Assembly (NCBI GenBank): GCA_964635565.1
Contig: CAZWON010000002.1
Span: 14,936 to 78,935, forward strand
Length of the DNA stretch: 64,000 nucleotides
Direction of reading: 5' to 3'
Source: an uncultured Planctomycetia bacterium
Lineage (GTDB): Bacteria > Omnitrophota > Gorgyraeia > Duberdicusellales > 4484-171
The translations under genes were made by a program, and so were the position numbers. Of the stretch, positions 1-12,000 are shown in pieces. Under the pieces are notes generated by a model, which was given only the letters and a program-made list of their open reading frames with translations, did not search any database and was not told the DNA's origin. How positions within the stretch are numbered: position 1 is the stretch's first letter; every line of letters starts with the position of its first letter.

Positions 1-3000
1 TTACTGGCACCTCCTCGCCCAAAGAATAAGGCAAAAGATTGCTCTTTAAAGCTTTGCCGACAGAACCCAGATACCAGGTTGCCATAATTCCCTCGCCGGC
101 GCCAATGCCTAAGGCCCAGGCAAAATTCCTCCCTGTGCTTTTTCCCCCTTGGGAAAGAGGAGTAAGCTCGTAATTTATGGCGTTTATTATACCTCCCGCT
201 GAAGCTCCATAGGCATATTTTATTACCTTGCCTAATCTTGTCCTATTCCATATATCAACTACTAAATCCTCGCCCTTGCGGGAAAAGGGCACAATTACCG
301 CCGCCCCCATTAGTCCGCCGGTAGCAATGTTTTGCCATTGCACGCGGCCGTGTTTATAATACTGCTCTTTTATGGCCCTTAAGAAAGCTATGAAGGGGCT
401 ATTTTCAAGAGCACTTTCCTTCTCGGAATATTCAATAATCCCCTTAATCGCAGGATAAATTACTGCGCCAGTGGCCGGCCAAGACACATAATGCCATCCT
501 GACGCAGGAGAAAACGCCTTCAGCACTATCCCGCCAAACTTACTATTGGCAAATCGCGCAGAAGCGCTGTTTGCGATTTTATCTATGTTTTTAAGTTCAA
601 TTGAACTTAAACCAGTCTTTTCTGCCTGTTGTAATATATTGGCTTTAGATTTAACTTTTCCAAGAAATTTTTTATCAAGCGTTTTTACCTCCCTCACAGT
701 CAGAATTTCTATCTCATCAATCCTGTTTATCTTTTTAAGCTCATCCAGAAGCTTTCTTAAACTACTACCTTTAGGCAATTTCTCAACATTAACTTTTCTT
801 AACTCCTTTATACTCATTCCTTCTATATCAGCAGAGCTTTTAACCGGTTTTTTAAGCTGTTTGCTTAAGGTAGAGAAGTCCTTTTCTGTTATTGGTGTTT
901 TTGGTGAGAGGTCTTTCAGAGCTTTTTGGGCTTCTTCTATCGGTGCTGCTTTTTTAATAAGCTCTCTTGCCTTTTTGACTGTAATCCCTCTCTTGGTTAA
1001 CTTCTCTCCTATCTCTTTTGCGTCTTTTATGCTTTCTGGGTTTTCTTTTACGAATCTCATTGCTCGCTCAGAACTTGCTATTTTACTCAATCCCACCAAA
1101 GAAGAAAAAGCAGCTTCAAAAACCAAACCCTTAAGAAAACCTGTCATAAAATGTCTGTCGATTGTCAAAGCGCCTATTTTGTTATCTCCTGCATAAGCAG
1201 CAAGGGAAGTATTCATTACCGCCTCAATCTGCCCCCACAGATAAGCACCACTGGCAATTGAACGTGTAAATTGTGGCATTGAACCAAAAGCCTCTCCTTT
1301 GGCAATTGCCGGCATAACCCCTCCAAGAAGGCCGATTGCCGCCAGAACCATATTCTCCTCACTTAAGAATTTGCCTCCTATAGGCTTTCCTGTCCTAAGA
1401 TAACTTATCATATTAGGAACGCCTAAGCTTAAACCTTCACTTACTCCCACCCCTGCTAAAGTCCTTGCTCCCGGGCTCATCTTAGAAAACACCTTCCCCA
1501 CCGGCCCTAAACCTGCGCCCAATAAAGCTATGGGAACGCTTTGTACGCGTAAGTCATCCATTTCTAAAGCAGTACTGTTAAGAACAGAAGCAAGTTTCTT
1601 GCCCCTAAATACTACTGGCAAAACGAGTGCCTGGGCCGTATTAAAGGCATAAACAGTTGGCATAATTTTTGCTGCCCTCTGGGCAAACTCTCCTGCTTTC
1701 CCGGGAACCTCTCCTAAATTTTTAGCCAAACCTCTATATCCGCCAAGGGCTCCTGCTATATTGCCTGTGATATAAAACGCATTTACAAGAGCGCGCGTAG
1801 AATCAAAAGTTTCTTTCCCAGGCGGAAGGCTCCTTAAAGTTTCTACTGCTCCCAGCAATCCTCTAATTGAATCTGCTGGATTAAGGGAAAAAGCAACTAA
1901 ATCCACCCCCAAGCGGGCAGAAGGATAAGAGCGGAAAACGCCATAAGGAAAAGCCAGAAAACCCCATCCCCGTCCATCCTCTTTAGCTTTGGTGGTAATT
2001 GCGCCTAAAACTTTTTCTGTTTCAAAACGGGCTGACTTCTCTTCCCTTTCAACAAGCCCGTAGTTACCTATCAACCTCCCAAATCCTTTAAGTATCTCTC
2101 GGCCAGGGTTAAACAAAATACTCTTTGCAAAAGCTTCGCAGACAGAAGTATTTTTATCCGTAGGGTAATATTTATCCACTCCATAAGCTACAACCGTATC
2201 AACTCCTAAAGCACCTAAGGTTATTTTTAGAGCCTTTGTAGATGTAAAAATTCTTCCGCCCCTCAAAAGAAAATACGCCTGCAAAAATCGGACAGGAGCA
2301 TTTATCGCTATATCTTCGATTGACCGGCCTTCGTAAACGTCATAGGCAGCTCCGACCGCTGTATAGCCAAGAGCAATCTTAGCAGGATTTGCCAATGCTT
2401 TTGTTGCTAATCCAATTATATCTCTTAAAAGTGTGGTGCTTCCTGTTTCCGAAGCAAGAACTGCAACCTTACCAAGAACGCCTTTTGCCATATTCCAAGA
2501 AAATGACAGTGCTTTCGCGGCTATCAATACTTTGAAGTAGCTATCAACTATTTTAAATCCCATATCCTTATTGCTAAATCGCTCATTATAAGTCTCAAAA
2601 CGTGTCCCCAATGCGTTCCTCTTAGCATTCTCTACAAGATTCATCCACTCCTGCGCTCTCTCGGTCCATTTTGCACTATCACCTATTTTTGCTAAGATTA
2701 AATCACTCCCTATAGCTAAACCAGCATACACAGATATTGCTTCATTCTTAATCCGATCCCTGACATCTTCGTATTTGTATAAATTATTTTTTTCTATACT
2801 CCCATCCAATTTCATAACCGGTGTATAAACCTCTAAATTCTTTATTCCCTTCTTACTTAAAATCTTATCCATCACTATTTCTCTCTTAAAAGGCTTGCCT
2901 GTGATACAGCTTATACCTTGAATAGTCTGATGTGTTTCAATAACTAAATCACCATTGGGTGCTACCCCGACAATCTTATTCTGAGGGTTGGATAATAAGA

Positions 3001-6000
3001 GCGCTGCTTCTGGCGCTATATCAGCAGGAAACTCCCTCTTGACAGGACCTGTTGTTTTAATTTTCTCTCGTGAATCTTTGGTAAGATTGCCGTTGTGGTC
3101 AAATTTTACAACTTTACCGGAATACTCTACCGGCCTTGTCTCTGCCACAGAAATATTGCCGTGGTAGACTTTTGTTTCTGTTCCCACAAGCTTCTCGCCA
3201 AGCTTCTCGCCAAGCTTCTCGCCTCCCGTAACTCTGAGCCTGGCGTTTCCTAAATTCACCGTTGGAGCGCCTAAGAGAGGAAAGTTCATCTTCAATTCCC
3301 CATTATGATAAAGCGCCATCTCTTGATTTAAAGAAAAGGTTTCAGCGTCGGTATGGTCTTTAGAAAGTGCACTTTCAGGAGGCCTTCCTTGGTGATTCCC
3401 GGTAGGGTATTCCTGCTTTGTGTTTATAGGAGAGGGGCCAATAAAACCTTCTCCTTTACGGGAAACTTTAGCCATAAAATAACTCTGCGATAAAGTGCCG
3501 TAATCAACCGTTTCTAAATTGCCGAATACGCTTTTGAACTTTGTAATGCTTTTATTTGTGTGTAAATCTTGAGAATCCAGACGAACTTTATAGAATTTAC
3601 CGTCTTCTGATAAATATAAATACTCAGCGGGATTTTCAGCAATATCTACGGCTTCTTTAGAAATAGTCTGCCTAACCCAGAGCCTTCCTTTTTCGCCGCC
3701 GCTAAGGCTATAATCTATATAAGAACCATTTGAAAAAGGAACCATTCCTTTAGGAGAAACAACATAGGCTGTATAATGCTCAGTAAGTGCAAGGCTGCCA
3801 TCTGCATAAGGCACAAGTTTAACTTTCCCGCTCTTATCCTGTTGTACATAACCCCTGCGTTTACCTATAAAATATACTGTTTGATTAGAGAAACTGTTAG
3901 CTAATTGACTTGGCAGGCCTGTTTTGTCAGTATACTGGTAACGCCCGATAACCGTAGTATCTTCATATACCCGAGAAGAACGGATATAGTTTATAAAACC
4001 TGTCTTATCGGATACGAAAGTGTCTCCTCCAGCACTCTTAAACAATACACCATCAAAAACACCGGAAAAAGAACCATTGGAACTTACATTCACTAATAAA
4101 GGATTGCCATTATTAAAGTTTCCTCCCAGCGCATTATTAAGCGTCTGCATATCATTTCTGTCCTTACCCTTACCTGATAAAACGTTGTATTTATCAATAT
4201 TACCGTATCCGCCTTCTACACTGATTAAAGTAGGAACCCCCGGGATGCCGGCGCCGGAATAAGCAACAGAGCTTAAAACCGGCACTAATTCAGTTATATG
4301 CCGAACATTTGCTTTCCCTAATTGAAGTTTGTACCCAGGGATAGGAGAATTAAGTAAATTACTATTGGTGGGAGAAAAATTATACCATAAAGACCCAATT
4401 GCCTTTGATTCCTTATTATACATCTCGCCTAATACATTTTCTTTAACAACTTTTGTAGCCCGACCTGTTCCTTTTCCGCTCTTAGGAATATTTAAAGCTC
4501 GTGATACTTGAGGCGCATTTGGATTCTCAAAACCCAATGCCAATAGCCCTTTTGCCGGACCTCTATCTATAACCTGAAATCCCCTATAATTATAAGTGTA
4601 AATTTTCCCAGCCTCCTTTATGTAAAAGTTAGAAGATATGATATCTTTTGGCGTTAAACTGCCAGGATTAGCAATAGAGTAATGCTGGTTACCGTTTTTA
4701 TCTACAGAAAAATTGTAAATGATACCTGGTCCCCAATATAGTAAAAATCCGGCTTCGCTTTTTGTGCCAGTTTCTTTATTTAGAGTAAGCGTTCCAAAAG
4801 GCAACCTCCCTTTTCCTCTTTTCCGATATTTTTTGCCATCCCACTCAAGAGACGAACCTTTATCCCACACCACTCCTCTAAAAAGAACTCCGTCTTGAGC
4901 AATTTTATAATACCTGAGGTTAAAAACTACAGACCAAGGGTTAGAAACAGGGACCGGCTTATCTACCCTATATTCTGCGACAGGGACAATAACATTAGAG
5001 GGCAATTTACCGATTTCCTCACTGTTTTTACTATTACCAACTTTATTAATTATGCCTGTTCCTGTTCTATTCTCAGGAGTTATCTTTTTTGGTTTTACAA
5101 AAAGAGGGTTCTTTATATCTCCTTTTGATAAAGGAATATCAGAGAAGCAAGCAAAGGGTACTCTCTTTTTATAAGCAAGGGTACTGCCTCCACCCTTTGT
5201 TATTATATCAATAAGGTCACCAGGATTATAAGAATATGTGGATTGAAATATCCTCGTACCATCTGTTGACCGCACAGAGACGGTAGTCTTTCTTACTTTT
5301 TTATCATACTGGTTTTTAATCTCTATAGAGGCTACTCCCTTGCCGGAAAACTTAACAAACATTTTTCCTAATAATCTTAACTCCTTATGAGACCACGTTC
5401 TTTTATCTACAAAAGGTATTATTATTTCTGCAAGTTTTTTTATGGTTGGATGGTTAAGCTTATCTAAAGAAATTTTTCTCAAGACGTTTTCTATAAAATT
5501 GCTGTTATTATTGTCTTTACTTTTTATGGCGGTGACAATAGATTCCATAATGGTAAGACCGAGTTTTTCATACTGTGCTCCGTCGGAATAATAAAATTTA
5601 GGTATATCATTGTAAAAACCATAATCTCTATTGTGCTCAGCTGGTCTGCTTCCGGAAGAAGTAGTAATTTTAAAATTAGTGGGATATGGCAGACCTCGTG
5701 GATCCTGCTTTATATCAAAAACCAACTGTTTAGAGTTATTGTAATTAGGTATCGCAAATTTCCGCACCTCTGATACGCCCTTTTCATTGAGTACTATGAA
5801 ATTAACTATGGCTATATTAGGGCCACAGCCCTGAGGCGAAACTCCAAATCTTGTGCCTATTCTAATATCGTAAGGGCTGAGAGCAAAGTTCCTCCCGAGG
5901 ATAAAATCATTGTGCCGGATTTCTACCCCTCTTACAGCATTATTGTATTCTTCGCGAGTTATTGCCTGTGAATACCCTGTAGGGCGGTTTGATATAAAAT

Positions 6001-9000
6001 TATTCATACCTTGAACAACAGAATCCTCCAATGGAGTTCCTTGAAACATATCTTTGAAATACCCAGCTAATTTAAGGCCTATTGTTCCCCGACGGATATC
6101 CCCAGCGTCTAAGGACGCTTTCCCGTCCTTATCCAATGCCTTAAAAACTTTAACTGTGCCATCTTCATTGAATTTAATCCAATTGCCGGGAGCATTAGCT
6201 ACCAAAGCTGAGTCATAAACTGGTATACCTTTACCTTCATAACTCTCTTTTCTTTCAGCACTGGTCGTAAAAATAATGCGTCTAAAATTCTCTATAGTAT
6301 TGACATTAGGAGGGTTTGGGAGGGAAGAATCTCCTTTTCTAAGCAAAGATACAAAATTCCAAAGGACTGCTCCCAGCCCTCCTTCTATTGTATATTCATT
6401 GCTTCCCTTCTCTGTCTCTTTAAAATGCAAACTCGTCACTGCTCCTCCTAATCCCTCTATCTTATTAGAAAGCCAGATAAACTCTCCTCCAAGGCTATTA
6501 TTTGCATCTTTATCCAACAAATAAAATGTCCTTCCCTTGGGATTGCTTATTAAAGAGTTTATTCCAAAAGAAGCAGCCGCAGGTATATTCATATCAGCAA
6601 CTATAACCCCATCAACCATTCCGCTAATATTATGGTGAACCGCTGTAAATCTTGCAGGAGGCATCTTTTCTCCGGAAGGAGAAATAAAACCTTCTCCTAT
6701 AAGACCTCCTTCTATCCCTATATAAACATCGCCTTTAATCTGATGGGGATTATATACTTCATACACTGACCAACCGTCTCTATCCCTTTCTGTCCCAGGA
6801 GTAACAACTGTAATAGAACTATCTTTTGGCCAGGTTAAAGTATCAGGAAAATTAACTATAGAACCTCCGCCGAAACTGGGAGTAAGTCTCTGGTTGGTAT
6901 AAGAAAATTCAACCGTTCCTTCAGCATAAAATACATTACCTGAACCAACTTTATCAACTGTTAAATTTGTGGTAGAAAATAGAGGATTGCGGTATGCAAG
7001 GATTGGCACTGATGAAGATTTAGAATTTTTACCTGATGGTTTTTCACCAAAGCCCGTTACAATCCCGGCAGAAGCGTCAACCAAGCTAAATACTCCTTTA
7101 GTTATAAGACGGGGGTCAACATTCATAATATCGGAAAAATACAACCCTCCTTCTCCTGCGAAAGTTAAAGATAATCCGCCTTTTCTATCCGGCCTTAAAT
7201 ATGCTGTATTTATAGGGACCACCGCTGGTTTAGTGTCTCCTTCTAAAGGAACACTAAAGTAACTTGCTCCATAGAATTTGCCCTCTACTTTTAAAGACTG
7301 GCTTACTCTTTTCCATTTATGGTTTAAATTATTTAATTTCTCAGTTAAATTTTTTAATTTTATTTTTAGAACTCCGCTTTTTTTCGGGGAATTTAAATTC
7401 TTCATTTTCCATTCTGTCTTAAGTATTTCCCCTCTTACTTCTTCTATTTGTTTACCAATTTCTGATAAAGAATTATTCTCCCCATAAGTAACCTCATAAA
7501 TCTTATCTAATAGTCTTTCAAACATCTTTTGTGCACCAGGAGTATCTCCTTTTGCACCAATAACCATCTCTCCTGTATCGGCGATAAAGATACGGACATT
7601 TGCAGGATTAAAATACCCTGTTGCCATATTGAATTCTTTATTGGTAAAAAATCTTGAATTCAGAATAGGAATAACCCACGCTCCAGAAGCTTTAATTACT
7701 CTTCTCTGTACCTCAAAATCTATTTTTTTAGACCGTTCTACAGGAGTTAAGTTTAATTTATTAACGTCTTCAACTACCTCCTTGTAAATATCTCTGTAAC
7801 TTTTAAGCATATTCATCCTTAAGGTGCCATTAGGGCCATAATAGTAATATCTTTGATTGCTCTGCAATTTTCCCCTGGGCGTAAAAACAAAACCATTCTG
7901 AGTAACATAATAATCATTTGGATTATTGCCGTAATAAATATTTAAACCCTGGACTTCCGTAGTAGGAGTATTATCAATAATGGGCATAGTCCCGGTAAAA
8001 GATATAAGCACTGGCGCATCGGGATTCTGTTGGGCAAATTTTAGAAAAGCCTCTCTGTTCGTAATTTTTTCAAGCGTGCGAGGGTTTAAGGCCTTCGGCT
8101 GTTGGGTTAACTTGAATCCTGGAACTTCCGCGAGGCTATCTGTATTCGGCTTAGTTCTTTTTGAAAACGATTGGTTTAATGGGTCGGTAAATATACTTAT
8201 ATCGCCTGTTGCACGGCCAGCAAAAGAGAAGGCTCCTGAAGGAGAGAATATAATGCCTTCGTTTATATATTTATCTCCTTTGGGAGTACTTATAGAAAGA
8301 GAAACGCCTTTAGAAGCAATCAAATTGGCTTCTTTATAAAAAGGGGCACCTTTGGAAATGCCTCCAGGAGTAATAATACTGCCCTCAATATCGCCACCAT
8401 TTTCCACGCTGTATAATTTGTCATACTCTATAGGTTTATTAGAAGTATCAAAAATCCGAATTTCCCTGATAAATCCTCCGCCAGCAAAATTTTTACGGGA
8501 TGCCCATCTTACATTTAAAAATGAAACTTGGGGAGTGAAAGTTCCTTCACTATTTAGTCCTTTTGACCTCAGATTGTAAGTAGCAAAAAAGAATCTCTGG
8601 CTATTTGTGCCTGAGCCAACTATGGAAGATTGGCCTTGCAAGAATGTAGTTTTCTTATAACCGGAAGGGCTTTCTTTAGACCGACTAAGATTAACAAAAC
8701 TAAGACTTACGGGGTATGGCGATTTATCTATTAGCTCAAGGGCTAGGTATGAAAGAGGATCAGATTGAACATCTTTTTTAAACATCCCATATATCTCCTT
8801 TCCCTGTGCCTGTAGTTTATTTTTGGGCATATTCTTAAAAAACTTAATAATGTCTTCTCCTTCTCTTTCAAAGAATGTCTTGGTGATTTCTTTTTGAGAT
8901 ATTCTTTTTTCAATAATTGACCACGGAGAATAACCTCTTTGCCGTAATTTTAATACACCATGCGAAGACTCTATCCTTCTGCTAATAATGGTAGCACTAT

Positions 9001-12000
9001 TGGGATGGGGAGAATAATAAGGAATAATCGTTACTTTGTTCTCCTCAATAAGTTTCTCTTTACGTGGTTCTATATTAACTTCCCTTCCAGATAAACTACT
9101 GTACTCAGTAAATGATGATACAGTAGTAAAATCTTCTCCTGTAGTAGGGTTATATTGCTCATAATTTACATAAGCTAACAGATTTCCCTTAGGTGTGTTT
9201 ACCGGCGAAACAATAGTGAGACTGGATATATGAAATCCAGTAGGAGCTCCTGATGCATTTATGGTATACTCTTTTGTTCCTGAGTTAGAGCTGACCAATT
9301 TAAGCCCCTTAAGGTTATCAGAAGGAATATCAATAGATGAACCACGCATCATTCTCTCTATTTTATCCTGAGGAAGAATGGGAGAAAGTAAAGCGCTCAT
9401 TTGTGTCCAAGTATCTTTATACAATTTCTCAGGCAAGAAAGATACTATCCCTTCTGCACCATAATGAGAACTATCAACTTTATATATGTCTGCATCAGTT
9501 GCAGCAGCAAATGTAGAACTATAAAAACTACCTTCTCTTTGGTTCCAGACATATGTGGTTTTGGGGGTGTTGATAATGAGTTCCAATTTTCCCCTAATAG
9601 CTGCAGCCCCTAACACTCCTCCCTTATTTTTATTACCTGCTATACCAGCATAAAGATAATAAGGCTGTTGTATTAAGTCGGGATTGTTAGGTACTGTAAT
9701 ATTTCCCTTGTTTATTCCCTCTAAATACTTAGGGTTGAAAAATATTTCTAAAGTATGGAGCGTAGAATTAACTTCTCTGCCTTCTACTCCATATTGACCA
9801 GTAAAATTCACTCCATCACGCTCTCTCATAAGAATAGGATCACGTGCCCAAGATTTATCAAGTTTAACCTGCCGACCTACTTCCTTATGGGACATAAACA
9901 AACCAAGCAATCCTCCATTAGTCTTAACAGTTTCAAAGTATGCATTATCAGGTAAATTTACGACAATATCACCTTTTAATGGCTGAGGATGTAAAAGTGT
10001 TGCAGCCTCCTCTATATTGGCTATCCTATAAAAATCTCCATTGTAATAAAAACCTAACTGCCCATCAACAAGACTTAATTTCTCAGACTTTAAATTTCCT
10101 TCTTTATCAAATAAATCCAACGGTAGTTTTGATAACACATCAGGGGATAGTCCTGCTTTTGATATACTTTGCCGGTCAGTGCCGTATAGAGGGTTGTAGA
10201 TCATATCCAGAACAGGCATAACCACAGGAATCATTAAAACATTCATATTCTCCACTGCAGCGTAATGGAGAGTATCCTGAGTGTATCTAACCCAGGAATT
10301 GGTAAGAGAAGGGGTGATTGAGGTAAGATAGCCATCCTTTACAAATTTCCTCCAGGAATCATAACCATACATCTTCATTGCCCTGTCAGCATTTGCTTTA
10401 AAATCCGCATAACCTCCAAATTCGGCAATTTTATTCAGATACTGGACTTCACTCCATCCACCCTCGCCTTGAGTCCATATTGGAGAAGTTCTACCCCAGG
10501 TAGTATAATTAATAGCTAATTGGGCAAAATTATTCTTAAAACTATTCCAAAAAGTGCCCGCGCCAATTGCTCCTATGGAAGACAGCGCTATCGTGCTTCC
10601 TAAATAAGCAAGGCTGGAGGTTTGAAGGCGGGTTAAACCCCACTTATTCTTACCTGTTTTTTCATCATACTCTCCACCGATAGACTCTAAACCTACTGAG
10701 ATAGCTCCGGAAAGCACTCCTCTTCCTATAGCTTTCCAGAGATCGGCCCCCCCGAGACTTTGCCCGTCGGCCTTAACAGAGACTAAAGCACCTGCGCCTT
10801 CACCAAGCACGCGGGAAAATTTAAACTTTTCACCAAGAAGACACTCTACTGCTAAGGCAGTAGCCTGATAAATCAATGAAGTCCTGGCATCGTTCCATGC
10901 TAATTTTATGCCTCCTAAAAATCCTCCGCCAAAGTTGTCGGCAGAAAGGTTAACATAATCGCGGCCATAATACCCTCCCAAAGAATCTCCATTTACCACA
11001 CCAGGCTCTACCCCATTAGAATTCTGCAAGTCTTCCGATGATATACGGCCCCAGACTTTTCCATTTTTTTCATCAACAGGCGCTTTAACGGTAAGATTTA
11101 TCCCTAACGCGCCCATTGTTCCGCTAAATCCCGCGTATCCCGCGAATCCTCCTGCTATAGAAGCAAGTTGATTGGCAGCAAAAGGATTTTTCTTATAAAA
11201 ACCTGTATTTTTTATAGCATTGTAAGCTAAAATACTTCCTCCTCCTACAGCTGCGCCTTTAAGCCCTCCTACTATCGCTCCTGTAAGAACAGGATGCCTA
11301 TTCATCCATCCCCCAATCCCTAACCACCCTGAGTTTGAAGGAGAGGAAGAAGGAGTATACCAAGTTTTACTGGAAGGTATGCTCGCTGCTCCTACTAATG
11401 CTGAACTGAGTGTATACCCAAAAATTTGAGCTGATGCAGGTCCCATATCCAGTTCTTGCGCGGCGAAGGTAGTAAAGGCATTACCTACTGTCCCCATAAA
11501 TGCTCCCTGAGAAAAACTATGAAGAGCCTTCGTCCAAGTGAAATCTTGCGACAATACACCTCCTCCTATACCAATAGAAGCTATAGTAGTTACTGCGGCT
11601 ATTGCTATATCCCCCCAGGAAGGATCCTTAAAAATCTCATCAAATTTGGGAAGGTCATATTTGCGCGAATATGCTCCTAAAACGGACTTTGTCTCTTCAA
11701 TATCAAGGGGCTTTCTAAAATTAGAAGTTTTATTGGAAGCTGTAGCAATATAGCCACTAAAATTATTTAAAAATTCGTCATAAGAATAAACTTTAAACAC
11801 TCCATTGCTAATACAATAAAACTTATTATCTTTTATCTCTTTTACCACCACATAGTGCCCGCTTAAAAAATGGGCAATAAAAGGAGTAAAATCTTCTAAA
11901 ATATAGGAAGGAGTGTAGGGTTTAAATTTTAAAGAGTAAAGTTTATAGCCAAAAAATTCTCCTGCTTTTATAATAGCATAAAGAGAGTTTTTTAAATCCT

